From assembly GCA_964404265.1 (NCBI GenBank), contig CAYOJG010000001.1, forward strand, positions 59,112 to 118,159: a stretch of 59,048 nucleotides of DNA, in the 5' to 3' direction. Positions 35,310-45,639 of the stretch are shown in pieces. The notes beneath the pieces are model-generated. The model was not told where the DNA came from. It worked only from the letters and a program-made list of their open reading frames with translations, and searched no databases. The DNA is from an uncultured Desulfurococcaceae archaeon (GTDB lineage: Archaea > Thermoproteota > Thermoprotei_A > Sulfolobales > NBVN01). Position 1 is the first letter of the stretch. Every line of letters begins with the position of its first letter. The translations under genes and the position numbers were made by a program.

Positions 35310-37490
35310 ATGGTTAGGGTAAATCTGGAGCCTTTGAGAAGACATAAATCACTGGTCATAACCTGTGTCTCGCTCGCGGTGTTAATTATTGCGCTGGCTG
35401 TGGGGGTCTACCTCCGCATGTACCCCATATTCATAGCGGAGCGTTGGGGCTACGGACCAACCCTGCAGGAGCTTGATCCCTACTCCGAATACTGGGTGGC
35501 CGAGAAGCTCCTGACTAAGGGACTCGGATACTACCTTCAGCTCACACCCCAAAACCCGGAAACCCACATCTTCTGGTATCCTTGGGGAAGAGACTTCACA
35601 AGATCCTCGCTTCCAATGGTTCCCTACTTCAGCGTAATAACCTACTACATTGCGCATGCATTCAGTCCGTCACTGACTCTATACACATGGATGGTCTATG
35701 TTCCACTCCTCTTCTTCATTATGAGTACTCTCGGAATATACTTCACAGCTAGGGAGCTGTGGGGAGATATACCTGCGGCAATATCCGCTCTCACAGGATC
35801 ACTCATGTTCATAAGCAGGCACCTGGCTGGATTTACAGTTAAGTACTCTGCAGGGCTTGCATTCCTCTTCCCAGCAATCTACTTCCATGTCAGGGCATGG
35901 AAAAGGGATAGCAGAGTAAGTGCCTTACTAACGGGGATTTTCCTGGCCTTAACGGCTGCCTCATGGGCAGGGTTCAACATACTCCTCGGAATAATATTCC
36001 TCATGATCTCTCTCCTCCCGCTCTTGAGGAAGGTTAGGAAAGAGGACTTCATTATTCTCGCACTAGAAATGATTCCGCTGACTCTGGCTTTAGTCACTAT
36101 TCCCTTTTACGGTTGGCAGTATCTCATAAAGAGTGTGGGTGTTCTAATCCCGGCAAGCTTCCTAATGCTGGGAATTGGTTGTGGACTTCAGAAACTTGCG
36201 GAGAAGAGGGAGCTAGTTATTTCAATGCCCTTCTTCAAACGCACCAGGCTCCTATACACACTGATCCTTATCCTAGTCGGTGTGGTTGGGATAGGAGGGC
36301 TCATCAGCGGAGTCATCCATGTTAAAGGGAAGGCCCTGGCCGCCCTAGGCCTCTCCGGAGTTGTCCACGTACTTGTCTCTACAGTACAGGAATATGCTCC
36401 CGCCAGGCCTGACGCCTTCATACAGTTTCAGGGCGCGGCGGTCGTGGTCTCGCTACTGATGCTAATATACTTCGCCTATAGAGTCATCATGAAGAAGGAT
36501 CTTCTGGACCTATTCGTGGGGGCTCTCTACCTATTATCCTTCTACGCTACAGTCAACCTCTCCTACTTCTTCCCCTACCTAAACTACCTCACCGCGCTAG
36601 TTTCAGGGAGTTTCATCTACGTAATGCTGAAGAAGGTTATGGCTGAGGGTGTTAGGAAGGACTGGTTCATATCGATGTTTTCCATACTTATTGTAGCGCT
36701 CTACGTCACAGCTGTGGTTGGGCAGGGAGTGACAGGCTGGGCGAAGACGTATGAATATCAAGCCCCAATGCTCCTGACATCGGGTATCTCACTAGCTGTG
36801 GATGCTCCTGCATGGCAGGATACTCTTAAATGGCTCCGCAACGACACGTCAGATAACTCGGTCGTGATAAGTTGGTGGGACTACGGCTACTGGATCTCCG
36901 TTCTGGGGAACAGAACGACGGTAGCGGACGGAGCTACACTGAACGCTACACAGATCGAGCTGTTAGCTAAAGCACTTACAGGAAGTGAGGAGGAAGCCTA
37001 CATAACATTTACGCAGAAGTTCAAGGCAGACCCCAATAACCTCTACCTCGTGGCTTATGAGGTATACATGGTTGACGAGAGAAACGGATACGTGTATGTG
37101 GGACCCCTCGTGCTGGGGAACTACTATCTAGGTGCGGACGCCGCTAAAGGTATCGCAGCCATATACAGGATAGCTAACAGAACCCCACCCATATATCAGT
37201 ACCAGCCTCCGCAATCAAGAATAGCGTACTCACTCCCTGACTGGACAAATGAAACCCTGCAGGAAGCCACGCTATTCAAGATAATTCTGAAGACAGCATA
37301 TGTTGTGTGGGGAGACCAAGGATTCAAAGCAGCCTTCCCATATAAGAACCCTTATAGGCCAGATATCCTTCCAGAACCCAACATGACCATCTTCCAGCCT
37401 GCACAAATCTCTGTAAGTAAAGTGCTAAGCAATCCCAACATCTACGTCGTTGTATCCGTCTACAAAGCGGTCTCGCCGGGAGAGTCATGA
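35310..37490 (+). CDS. aglB: oligosaccharyltransferase AglB (STT3 family)
   Basis: Polytopic N-terminal half and the WWDYGYW motif. ATG at 35310; the ORF-track TTG is at 35298. Confidence 0.85.
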   Translation: MVRVNLEPLRRHKSLVITCVSLAVLIIALAVGVYLRMYPIFIAERWGYGPTLQELDPYSEYWVAEKLLTKGLGYYLQLTPQNPETHIFWYPWGRDFTRSSLPMVPYFSVITYYIAHAFSPSLTLYTWMVYVPLLFFIMSTLGIYFTARELWGDIPAAISALTGSLMFISRHLAGFTVKYSAGLAFLFPAIYFHVRAWKRDSRVSALLTGIFLALTAASWAGFNILLGIIFLMISLLPLLRKVRKEDFIILALEMIPLTLALVTIPFYGWQYLIKSVGVLIPASFLMLGIGCGLQKLAEKRELVISMPFFKRTRLLYTLILILVGVVGIGGLISGVIHVKGKALAALGLSGVVHVLVSTVQEYAPARPDAFIQFQGAAVVVSLLMLIYFAYRVIMKKDLLDLFVGALYLLSFYATVNLSYFFPYLNYLTALVSGSFIYVMLKKVMAEGVRKDWFISMFSILIVALYVTAVVGQGVTGWAKTYEYQAPMLLTSGISLAVDAPAWQDTLKWLRNDTSDNSVVISWWDYGYWISVLGNRTTVADGATLNATQIELLAKALTGSEEEAYITFTQKFKADPNNLYLVAYEVYMVDERNGYVYVGPLVLGNYYLGADAAKGIAAIYRIANRTPPIYQYQPPQSRIAYSLPDWTNETLQEATLFKIILKTAYVVWGDQGFKAAFPYKNPYRPDILPEPNMTIFQPAQISVSKVLSNPNIYVVVSVYKAVSPGES

Positions 37491-38731
37491 ATGAGCTATG
37501 TGCAGAATACCTCGTCCTCACCCCCTACCAATGGGTGAGGAACGGATGCATAGTTTTTGATAAAGAAATCAGGAAAATCTACCAAAAAGAAGGAGTTGAG
37601 GAGCCGGGAACGGTTATAACTCACGGGCTGACATCAGCCCACACCCACCTAGGCCTCTACCCCATAAGAACCACCGTAGCTTACGGTCTAAGGCTTGACG
37701 ACTGGGTAGGGGAATATGCATGGCCGTGGGAGAAGTTCCTTAAGGAAAACCCGGAGCTAAGCTACCACATATCAATCACTGCGATACAGGAAATGGCAGC
37801 CAACGGAGTGACCGCTTTTGCAGACATGCATTTCAATGAAGAAGAGGTTTTGAAGGCAGTTATAGACTCCGGAGTGAAGGCCGACCTAAGCGTGGCTATA
37901 ATGAATCGGGGAGTGTTCTCTGACTACCGTCACGGCATTGAGGAGAACCTGAAACTACTGAAGAAGGCCCAAGGTCATTCAAGGATAAAAGTGAGGCTCG
38001 GGCCCTGCACACCCAGACTCCTCACACCGAAAGAGTTCAGGGATGTAGTGGATACGGCTAAGGAGCATGGGGTAGGGATACATACACACCTAGCGGAAGT
38101 AAAGGATGATGAGTTATGGCTGATGAGGAAATGGGGAATGAACCTCAGAGACTTCATAAGATACACCCAGCTGGACACCATAGACTCGCTAATCGCTCAC
38201 GCTATATGGATTGAGTCGGCAATAGATATTCTCTCAAGATCTACGTCAACACTGATCCATCTCCCCAGATCTAATGTATACCTCGGCGATGGACACATGC
38301 CAGTGTACTACCTAGTGAATCAGGGGGCTAAGGTATCGATAGGTATAGACATAGCCCCAACCTACAACATAAGGGACGATATGAAGGCATTCCTCATGCT
38401 TAACTCCGGAATGACGACGCCAGCACTTATCGAGCTGCCGTACTACCTAGCAACTGAAGCAGGATACAAAGCCCTGCAACTCGGAACAGGCTCAATAAGG
38501 GTTGGGGAGCCCGCCGACATAGTTATGTGGAGGACAGTGGAAACCCCTGAAAAACCCCATCCTCTAGCCTCAGTAATGCTAACCAATATAGAGGCCAGCG
38601 AAGTATATGTCGACGGCGAACTAATATTTAAAGACGGAGTCCTAACAAGGCTAGGCGAAGACAGAGTGGAAAACTCGAGAATAGCGCTCAAGGAATTCAT
38701 AAAAAGCTTCAGGGCCAGATCTAGCTCTTGA
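37487..38731 (+). CDS. amidohydrolase-family deaminase (MTA/SAH deaminase-like)
   Basis: Metal-binding SAHTHL, HTHLAE and other amidohydrolase superfamily blocks; 414 aa. ATGA overlap with aglB. Confidence 0.65.
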   Translation: MNELCAEYLVLTPYQWVRNGCIVFDKEIRKIYQKEGVEEPGTVITHGLTSAHTHLGLYPIRTTVAYGLRLDDWVGEYAWPWEKFLKENPELSYHISITAIQEMAANGVTAFADMHFNEEEVLKAVIDSGVKADLSVAIMNRGVFSDYRHGIEENLKLLKKAQGHSRIKVRLGPCTPRLLTPKEFRDVVDTAKEHGVGIHTHLAEVKDDELWLMRKWGMNLRDFIRYTQLDTIDSLIAHAIWIESAIDILSRSTSTLIHLPRSNVYLGDGHMPVYYLVNQGAKVSIGIDIAPTYNIRDDMKAFLMLNSGMTTPALIELPYYLATEAGYKALQLGTGSIRVGEPADIVMWRTVETPEKPHPLASVMLTNIEASEVYVDGELIFKDGVLTRLGEDRVENSRIALKEFIKSFRARSSS

Positions 38732-39368
38732 AAAACAGTTTCTTAGTCTCATAACCAAATTTCTTGAGCGCTGCAATAACCCCCTCCGTGTAAAGCTCGT
38801 TGATCACCACATACCAATCAACCTTCACGACTATATATGTAAGGAGAGCAGTCACAGCGATTAGGATAGGTATTGTCCAGAGATGAACAACCGCAATCCC
38901 TGCAATCCATGAGGCGTAAAGGACAACAATCGAGGTAAGAACAGCCTTACCCGCCAAAATTGCTATGAAGTAGAGCAGAATGGGGTAACCCATAATCCCT
39001 AAAGGGACGTAGAGAATATCGTCGGGAAGTGGAGAAGCAGCGAAAACTAATATAGCAATGAACAGAGATCTTTTAGCTATGCGCTTAAATAAATCAACAT
39101 TCTTCTTGGTGGACTCGTTGAAGCCTTTAGAAACTGCTTTACCCATGAAGTATATCGCTATCTTACCTACTGTAGCTCCTAAGGCAGACGCAAGAACGAG
39201 AACCACCTTATCCAGTGGACTGACGTAGAAGAGGGCATAACCGGCAACGATACCTAAGTAAGGAATTGTGAAGAAAGGTATTGAATTAGACACGAGGCTA
39301 ATTAGAAATATGCCGAGGGGGCCGCCGACCAGACTCAGTATAGCGTTCACAAGCTCCGTCAAGTCCAC
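38721..39368 (-). CDS. membrane protein (DedA/VTT-like)
   Basis: 215 aa with about 5-6 predicted TM segments. Family assignment is tentative. Confidence 0.4.
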   Translation of the reverse strand: MDLTELVNAILSLVGGPLGIFLISLVSNSIPFFTIPYLGIVAGYALFYVSPLDKVVLVLASALGATVGKIAIYFMGKAVSKGFNESTKKNVDLFKRIAKRSLFIAILVFAASPLPDDILYVPLGIMGYPILLYFIAILAGKAVLTSIVVLYASWIAGIAVVHLWTIPILIAVTALLTYIVVKVDWYVVINELYTEGVIAALKKFGYETKKLFFKS

Positions 39369-39419
39369 CTGGAATAACCAATACTAATTAAGGCCCAATA
39401 TATAAAGAAATTGATTGGC

Positions 39420-39950
39420 ATGACCCATGAACGAGTAACTAAGATAGCTGAAGACGTTGTTAAATGCCCCCTCTGTGGCGAGGAAAGCTTAAGGCTAAGC
39501 ATATTCCTATACGACGCCCCCTACATAGGGAAAATAATTGTGCAGACTGGGAGATGCTCATCCTGCGGATTCAAATGGTCAAACGTCGGCCTCGCAGAGT
39601 ACTCCAAGCCAAAAAGAATTCTCCTGCAGGTGAAAGGAACAGATGAACTGAATGCACTAGTGGTCAAGACTGCGGAAGCAACAATCAAGATCCCTGAACT
39701 CGGGATCGAAATAACTCCCGGTCCTGCTGCCCAAGGATACATCACTACAGTGGAGGGAGTTCTTCACAGAGTCCTTGAACATGTCCCTACAGAATGCCTT
39801 AATGAAGAAAGCGAGTGCTACCCGAAAGTCCAAAGGATTAGAGAGGCTGCAGAGGGTCAGCATGAATTCACGTTAATCATAGAGGATCCTTCAGGAAGAA
39901 GCACAATAACGGGAGAAAAAATCCGGGTTGTTGAGGAGGAACTTAAGTAG
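39420..39950 (+). CDS. ZPR1-type zinc-finger protein
   Basis: CPLCG ... APYIGKIIVQTGRCSSCGF arrangement typical of the ZPR1 zinc-finger domain. AT-rich box ATATATAAAG just upstream. Confidence 0.6.
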   Translation: MTHERVTKIAEDVVKCPLCGEESLRLSIFLYDAPYIGKIIVQTGRCSSCGFKWSNVGLAEYSKPKRILLQVKGTDELNALVVKTAEATIKIPELGIEITPGPAAQGYITTVEGVLHRVLEHVPTECLNEESECYPKVQRIREAAEGQHEFTLIIEDPSGRSTITGEKIRVVEEELK

Positions 39951-39953
39951 CCT

Positions 39954-40490
39954 TTACTCAACCTTAATCTCGAACTCCTCTCTAGATTTCTTACTCTTCT
40001 TCAGCTCTACCTCAAGGACGCCGTTGCGGTACTGTGCCTTAGCAGTCTTAATGTCGACCTCTTCAGGAAGCTGGATTTCCTTATAGTACTTCTTTCCGTT
40101 CTCAGCATCAATAATCAGTGTCTTCCCTTTAGCCCTAAGCTTGATTTTATCCTTCTCGACTCCGGGAACCTCAACAACCACTCTAAGCTTATCTCCTTCA
40201 TCAAGGATATCTACGAGAGGCTCAATCTCTTCCATAATCTTCGAAGTTCCTCTTTCCCTCCTAACGTTACCGAATTCCTCAATCTTCGGCTTTCCATCGG
40301 GGCCTATAGTTATCCTGAAGCCGTAGACGAAGGGTCCTGTCCTCCTAAATCCTTTCTCCTCGGGGAACTCAGAGAACTTCTCGAACTCCTTAAAGAACTC
40401 GTCCACTACCTCCTCCATATCCTTAAAGAATAGGTCGAACAAGTCGAAGATGTTTTTCCTTCTCTTTCTGTAGCTCACGATCTCACCCAA
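39954..40490 (-). CDS. small heat-shock protein (Hsp20/alpha-crystallin)
   Basis: Alpha-crystallin domain LRVVVEVPGVEKDKIKL ... AQYRNGVLEVEL. Confidence 0.85.
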   Translation of the reverse strand: MGEIVSYRKRRKNIFDLFDLFFKDMEEVVDEFFKEFEKFSEFPEEKGFRRTGPFVYGFRITIGPDGKPKIEEFGNVRRERGTSKIMEEIEPLVDILDEGDKLRVVVEVPGVEKDKIKLRAKGKTLIIDAENGKKYYKEIQLPEEVDIKTAKAQYRNGVLEVELKKSKKSREEFEIKVE

Positions 40491-40548
40491 AAAAATAACG
40501 TTTTGTAAAGATATAAGTTATTTCTGGGTTAGGAAGGTTGGTACTTTA

Positions 40549-40878
40549 TTACTCAATGTAGGAGATCATGAACCTCCTAACACCGAGGTTAGTTAGGTCA
40601 GGAGAGTCAGGGTCGAGAGTTGAAAGCTGCATTAATTCATCAATGTCCGGATCCTCAATAATACCGATCCTCATCAATTGAGAAAGCTTCTCTGCAAGTT
40701 CCTTATCTCCGGGATCATTTCCAATACCTGCTATGAAGGCCTTCCTCACACGAACATTTCCGCCGAGCGGGGAAGTAACGAAAGCGAACCACACCTTAAT
40801 ATCTACCCCGTTCTTATTTTCCTCAGGCTTTAAATTCAATCCAGAACCAAGCACTCTAAAGGGATGAGTCTTGAGCAT
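40549..40878 (-). CDS. hypothetical protein
   Basis: 109-aa ORF. Its 5' end overlaps the divergent ORF 40871-41194 by 8 nt, so one of the two starts (or ORFs) is doubtful. Confidence 0.35.
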   Translation of the reverse strand: MLKTHPFRVLGSGLNLKPEENKNGVDIKVWFAFVTSPLGGNVRVRKAFIAGIGNDPGDKELAEKLSQLMRIGIIEDPDIDELMQLSTLDPDSPDLTNLGVRRFMISYIE

Positions 40879-41194
40879 CGAAGTGATTGTTATTACTAAT
40901 GGTTCTGAACTGGGTGAAGAAATACTGAGAAGGGCATGGAAAGCGGCCCAGAAGCTTTTCCATGAATATGGAATAGAGACTTATGTCATACCTTACCAGG
41001 TTAAGCATGGTAAGGTTTCATTAGTGATTAATGGATTGGAGTATCATGTCACCAAGCTTCCGAAGCCTGAAGAGTTAATGGATCTGATACTGTCTGCAGC
41101 CTCTAACGAAGAGATGTGGACGAAGGGAGAAGCTGTAGGAGCCGTAATTGTGGAGGAAGGAGACTTCGGCGATGGAGCAGTTGTAGAGATCTAA
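40871..41194 (+). CDS. hypothetical protein
   Basis: 107-aa ORF with a TTG start (alternative GTG at 40883). No motif recognised. Confidence 0.35.
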   Translation: MSIEVIVITNGSELGEEILRRAWKAAQKLFHEYGIETYVIPYQVKHGKVSLVINGLEYHVTKLPKPEELMDLILSAASNEEMWTKGEAVGAVIVEEGDFGDGAVVEI

Positions 41195-41203
41195 CTAAAC
41201 TCC

Positions 41204-42118
41204 TTACAATATATCACATATTCCCTTCTCTTCCCACTTACCTAACCTGCCGGAGAGAACCACGTTCTTCATTTCTAGGCATCCAGGCAGCGAGGCCTTA
41301 CCTAAAACCCCGTACTTTTCGAAGAAGCTCCTTTCAAATACTATTCTATCTGAGGATATCCCTAACCGCTTCAGATCCGAGTATGCCTTCTGCCTAAACC
41401 CGCCGACCTCTTTATAATTGGTGTAGGGAATAATGGAGTACATTAAGCTGTAATCACCGCGTATAGGCAGGGGGATCTTCACGATAACTGCTGAAAAGAA
41501 TTTCCGTTTCCCTAGAAAGAATGTCTTAAATTTCTCCTCGCGCCCTCCCACAATGAAAACGCTGATATATAGGGGTTCGAAAGGAAAACTTCGTGAAGCC
41601 TCTTCAGCTCTGCATCCCTTAATTTTGCGGACTAAATATTCTAAAGGTAAGGTATTGATTAGTTGCCTGAACCTCACAAGCCCCCACTGACTCATTTTAA
41701 TTGCTGATGAATTTAGATCGATCCACAGGATCTCTCCAAACTTCCTCTCTGATCTAACACTGGTAATCATCGCCCGGAATAGTTGGCACCAACTCTTCTC
41801 TGGTGTGTAAACCTTAGAAGGCGGTTCCCTGAACCACTGAGGCAGTTCAAGCTCACTCAAGGAAAATTTTCCTAAATAATCTCTGTACTCACCAATCAAC
41901 TCACTATCTGAATCCAGCTCTTGAGGTGTGCCTCCCAGTCTCTCTATACATTCCGGGTTAGTTACATAGATGGGGAGCCTATCTATACAGCCTCCCATAT
42001 AATCCCAACCATAGAGGGAGCTTCCCCCCTCCCAGAAATCTATTATCAGGTCGTTAGGTCCCGGCCCCTGCAAAAGGGTGGCTAATGAAAGACCTAGGAA
42101 AATCCTGTCGTAACTCAT
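41204..42118 (-). CDS. hypothetical protein
   Basis: 304-aa ORF; no motif recognised. Confidence 0.45.
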   Translation of the reverse strand: MSYDRIFLGLSLATLLQGPGPNDLIIDFWEGGSSLYGWDYMGGCIDRLPIYVTNPECIERLGGTPQELDSDSELIGEYRDYLGKFSLSELELPQWFREPPSKVYTPEKSWCQLFRAMITSVRSERKFGEILWIDLNSSAIKMSQWGLVRFRQLINTLPLEYLVRKIKGCRAEEASRSFPFEPLYISVFIVGGREEKFKTFFLGKRKFFSAVIVKIPLPIRGDYSLMYSIIPYTNYKEVGGFRQKAYSDLKRLGISSDRIVFERSFFEKYGVLGKASLPGCLEMKNVVLSGRLGKWEEKGICDIL

Positions 42119-42125
42119 CCGAGCA

Positions 42126-42395
42126 TCACCTTCCCTTCTTCTCCATCTTTATCCTGTGGTCGTAGTGCTCCGTTCCATGAGTCCTCATATGATTAAGTAA
42201 ATCGATAATCGTGAAAAATGTGGGTGTTCCTACCTCCGTGATATTTGTTTCTTTACCTTCAGGACATATTTTCTCAATATCAGCGCATATGGGGCAGAGA
42301 ATCATACCTGTAACTAGATCCTTACATGTCTCGATACGCATCCCTGCGTACTCAAGCTTAACCCTTACCCACCTTGGTTCCCAAGAGAGCGACAT
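42126..42395 (-). CDS. hypothetical small Cys/His-containing protein
   Basis: 89 aa with CPICADIEKICPEG ... HMRTHGTEH, possibly metal-binding. Confidence 0.4.
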   Translation of the reverse strand: MSLSWEPRWVRVKLEYAGMRIETCKDLVTGMILCPICADIEKICPEGKETNITEVGTPTFFTIIDLLNHMRTHGTEHYDHRIKMEKKGR

Positions 42396-42433
42396 CCAAA
42401 ACCCTTTAGGTAAATCAACAAATCAAATAATAA

Positions 42434-42580
42434 CTATTGAAGTCCAGCAGTTTTTTCCTTAGCGACCTTGCTCTCAATAGCCAACCTAATTAAGTCGCTC
42501 TTGTTCTTGAAGTAACCCTTCCTAACCAACATATCGATGCGTTTAAGTGACGCCACATTTATCTTGAATGATATAACCAC
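42434..42580 (-). CDS. unlisted small ORF: ribbon-helix-helix (CopG-like) protein
   Basis: Hand translation of the minus strand gives (GTG)VISFKINVASLKRIDMLVRKGYFKNKSDLIRLAIESKVAKEKTAGLQ*. This is the typical RHH beta-strand plus two-helix pattern. It is below the ORF-track length cut-off. Confidence 0.45.
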   Translation of the reverse strand: MVISFKINVASLKRIDMLVRKGYFKNKSDLIRLAIESKVAKEKTAGLQ

Positions 42581-42785
42581 AGACCTTCCCTTAACGTTAT
42601 TTTCATTCGCTATTAGCTCTCCCCTTTAAAGTAACACCACACAGGAATTTATTTTTTAACTCGCTAATAATACAACCCTGCTATTAATAAGTTAGTGAAG
42701 AACTTACTTGAAATTATAGATTAACGCCCTTATGGATTTACCTTTTTAAGAACTCGCGTCTACAGTATATTGACTGGGGTATAAC

Positions 42786-43193
42786 GTGGAGGATTCGCTA
42801 TCCAGTATCACCCGATATCTTGTGATTAAGCGACTCTCGGGAGATACGGTAACCATACTTGCGATTAAGGAGTATCTGATTGATGGTGCTTCTCCGAGCA
42901 CTATAGGGCATAAGTACGGGATTTCCAAATTCAGGGTAAGGGGTTATGTACAGAGAGTAATGGATAAGGCAAGGAATCATATGACCGCTGCGGCAATCGT
43001 GAGCAGGGTTTTCCCCTACGTCATAAATATAGAGCCGATAATTCTGAAGGTTGGTAACAGGTATGTCTGCCTGAAATGCGATCAGCAACTGGCTAGGAGT
43101 CAGGTTGAGCACCATATTCGGAGGAAGCATAAGGAACTAGTTAATGAGTTGGTTTCACACATCACTGCATCGGTAAGGACTCAGGTCCGTTAA
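42786..43193 (+). CDS. hypothetical protein with HTH-like N-terminus and C2H2-like zinc finger
   Basis: 135 aa. ASPSTIGHKYGISKFRVRGYV (HTH-like) and CLKCDQQLARSQVEHHIRRKH (C2H2-like). GTG start after an AT-rich intergenic region. Confidence 0.45.
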   Translation: MEDSLSSITRYLVIKRLSGDTVTILAIKEYLIDGASPSTIGHKYGISKFRVRGYVQRVMDKARNHMTAAAIVSRVFPYVINIEPIILKVGNRYVCLKCDQQLARSQVEHHIRRKHKELVNELVSHITASVRTQVR

Positions 43194-43266
43194 TTTTCTT
43201 GAACTCCTCAACCGATGTCACTCACATAAAATGATTTAATACATATTCATATTAGGTAAGTTCAGC

Positions 43267-44850
43267 GTGCTAGGTATTGGATTGTTTAATGAGGTGAATG
43301 TTGAGAGACCAACTGGTAAAGGGGTGAAAATAGCCCTCCTTTATCCCGGGCCTTACACAGCATCATTGACCAACCTTTTCACACATATATCTTACTATCT
43401 GCTTTCCTCCCAGCTACCTAGCGCAGTGATCGATAGGTTCACGTCCGATAACCCGTCTAAGGGGGCTTTAACGGGACTTCCCCTAACAAGTTTCGATGTA
43501 GTGCTTGCGTCGGTGGGGTTTGAGCTCGATCTACTTCAACTAGCGAAAATACTTCTCCAAAACAGCATAACTCCCCTTACACATAAAAGGAGTGGGAAAA
43601 ACTACCCTGTCTTGATAGGCGGTGGTCCCGCCTTAATGGCTAATCCTTTCCCCGCAACCTCAATACTTGACTATATTTATGTGGGTGAGGGTGAGGAGCT
43701 ATTAGCTCAACTCATTGATTCATTCCATGAACTTCCTCCGTCCACTCCTCGTTGGAGGATCAGGGAACTTCTCCATAACTCCCTACTCCAGAACCCTTCA
43801 GTGGTGTGCAGGGATAAACCTCAGGGAATGAGGTATCATCCCCCCAAACTAGACGACCTCTTCATACCTGATAAGCTCATCAGATCCCTCACCCACACCC
43901 CAATCTATGGAGACGGGTACTACATAGAAGTGAGCAGAGGTTGCAGATGGCTCTGCCCTTACTGCATGGAGTCCCACGTCTTTCATCCCCCCAGGCACCG
44001 ATCAAAAGATGTGGTTGTGAACAGCACCTACCGTGGAGTTGAGAACTTGAAGGTGGATAGGGTTGTGTTTTATTCCTTATCCTTTTTCGATCACCCTGAA
44101 GCAGACGACATTCTTTATGCAATGCTTGAGAAAGGAATCCTATACTCCGTCCCCTCCCTCAGATATCACACACTGAACGAGGAAAGGGTTAAGCTGATTA
44201 GGAGGGGCGGGCAGAGAACCCTTACCCTGGCCCCAGAAACAGGCTCCAGGAATGCCTCATGCTTGATAAGGAAAGATCTCGACAGTGAGTTAATTGAGGC
44301 TTTATCCTCCACAGCTTTCGAGGAAGGAATGAATGTGAAGCTCTACTTCATGTTCGGACTTCCTGGCGAGGGTGATGATGCAGGTAAAGCTGCTGGAGAA
44401 CTTGTGAAGAGGGTTGCTGAAAGAAACAGGAAGGTTGCTGAAGGTGTTAAGGTGAGCGTAAACCCCTTAATACCTAAATCATGGACACCTCTGCAGTACT
44501 GTCCACTAATCCGGAAAGAAGAGTTCAAGAGAAAGTCTGCTGACCTTCGCAAGATGATTAAGGGACTCAGAATAAGGGTTTTCACCTACGACTGGCGGTG
44601 GGCACATGTGCAGGCAATAATTTCTCTCGGTGACGAAGCAGTTGGAGAAGTTATTGCTAAATGGGGGGTAGAGGGAGGAGGCCCTTCCAACTTCATAAGG
44701 ATCTTGAGGAGTAAGGGGTTAGATCCAGACTTCCCCTTAGAACCTAGAAATCCAGAAGACTTTACTAAGTGGAGGAACATTGACGATATTCATAAGGAAG
44801 TTGTGCAGAAAACAGGAGAGAAAATATATGCGGAGTACTGCAGCCGCTAG
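43267..44850 (+). CDS. radical SAM protein (with N-terminal B12-binding-like domain)
   Basis: CRWLCPYC (CX3CX2C) cluster motif; 527 aa. Confidence 0.75.
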   Translation: MLGIGLFNEVNVERPTGKGVKIALLYPGPYTASLTNLFTHISYYLLSSQLPSAVIDRFTSDNPSKGALTGLPLTSFDVVLASVGFELDLLQLAKILLQNSITPLTHKRSGKNYPVLIGGGPALMANPFPATSILDYIYVGEGEELLAQLIDSFHELPPSTPRWRIRELLHNSLLQNPSVVCRDKPQGMRYHPPKLDDLFIPDKLIRSLTHTPIYGDGYYIEVSRGCRWLCPYCMESHVFHPPRHRSKDVVVNSTYRGVENLKVDRVVFYSLSFFDHPEADDILYAMLEKGILYSVPSLRYHTLNEERVKLIRRGGQRTLTLAPETGSRNASCLIRKDLDSELIEALSSTAFEEGMNVKLYFMFGLPGEGDDAGKAAGELVKRVAERNRKVAEGVKVSVNPLIPKSWTPLQYCPLIRKEEFKRKSADLRKMIKGLRIRVFTYDWRWAHVQAIISLGDEAVGEVIAKWGVEGGGPSNFIRILRSKGLDPDFPLEPRNPEDFTKWRNIDDIHKEVVQKTGEKIYAEYCSR

Positions 44851-45575
44851 GTCTCTAATGGATTGATTATGTCGAATGCTGGAATCTTGTAGAGATTCTC
44901 CTCCGAAACCTCAACAATCAACTGATCACCCAGAAATATGCTGACACCAGTTATCTTTCCTGAAGTCTTCGTTATTAACGCCCTCACATTCGTCCCTTTC
45001 AACACCTCACCTAGCTCATCCACCTCAACAGTCCCGTAAATAATGGATTCTCCCAGAAGTCTGAGGGTTTCTCTCCTCACAACATGGCAATTGCTCTTCT
45101 TCAGCGACGCCTTAGTTAGCTCAAACAATAAATCCTTGGGAGGAGGTAAGATCTTGAATAATGTGAGCACTGAAGACAGGTCTGTGCAGCTAACCCTCTC
45201 AAGAAGCTCAACTAAAGGTGGGCCAGAAACCTCCAGACCAAGCTCCAGACCCCTATTAATTATTTCTTTAAGCCCAATCAGCTCCAAGGACAGGGCAGAA
45301 AGCCCCCTCCAAGCATGTGTATAGGTACTCATATTCTTCTGGCTGAAGATGAACCTAGTTAATGCATTCAGGCCTAAATCCATGTTCTCGTTAAGCATTC
45401 TTCCTAAATATATGAGGAGATGAGAAGGATCTCCACTCGTCTCATAGATCTCGGCCGCCTTCCTAATATACTCATGAAGTATGTGCTCCTTCCTCAACTT
45501 GCTTAGATGTGTAGAGATAAGTTCCTCAATATCTTCTTCGCCTTTCACAGTATTCTTCCTTCTTCTAAAGAACAC
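44847..45575 (-). CDS. hypothetical protein
   Basis: 242-aa ORF; no motif recognised. Confidence 0.4.
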   Translation of the reverse strand: MFFRRRKNTVKGEEDIEELISTHLSKLRKEHILHEYIRKAAEIYETSGDPSHLLIYLGRMLNENMDLGLNALTRFIFSQKNMSTYTHAWRGLSALSLELIGLKEIINRGLELGLEVSGPPLVELLERVSCTDLSSVLTLFKILPPPKDLLFELTKASLKKSNCHVVRRETLRLLGESIIYGTVEVDELGEVLKGTNVRALITKTSGKITGVSIFLGDQLIVEVSEENLYKIPAFDIINPLET

Positions 45576-45639
45576 CGCTGAATCCCTTTAGAACTCTATG
45601 TACTCGAATGAAATATAAAAACGAGGGCCCCTAGAATGG

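Noticed and set aside
40871-40878. Divergent ORFs 40549-40878 (minus) and 40871-41194 (plus) overlap head-to-head by 8 nt, which could indicate an unusual shared 5' region.
   Set aside because: This is most simply a start-codon or ORF-calling ambiguity. The plus ORF starts at TTG and has an alternative GTG at 40883. Neither ORF has a recognisable motif, so no biological claim is justified.
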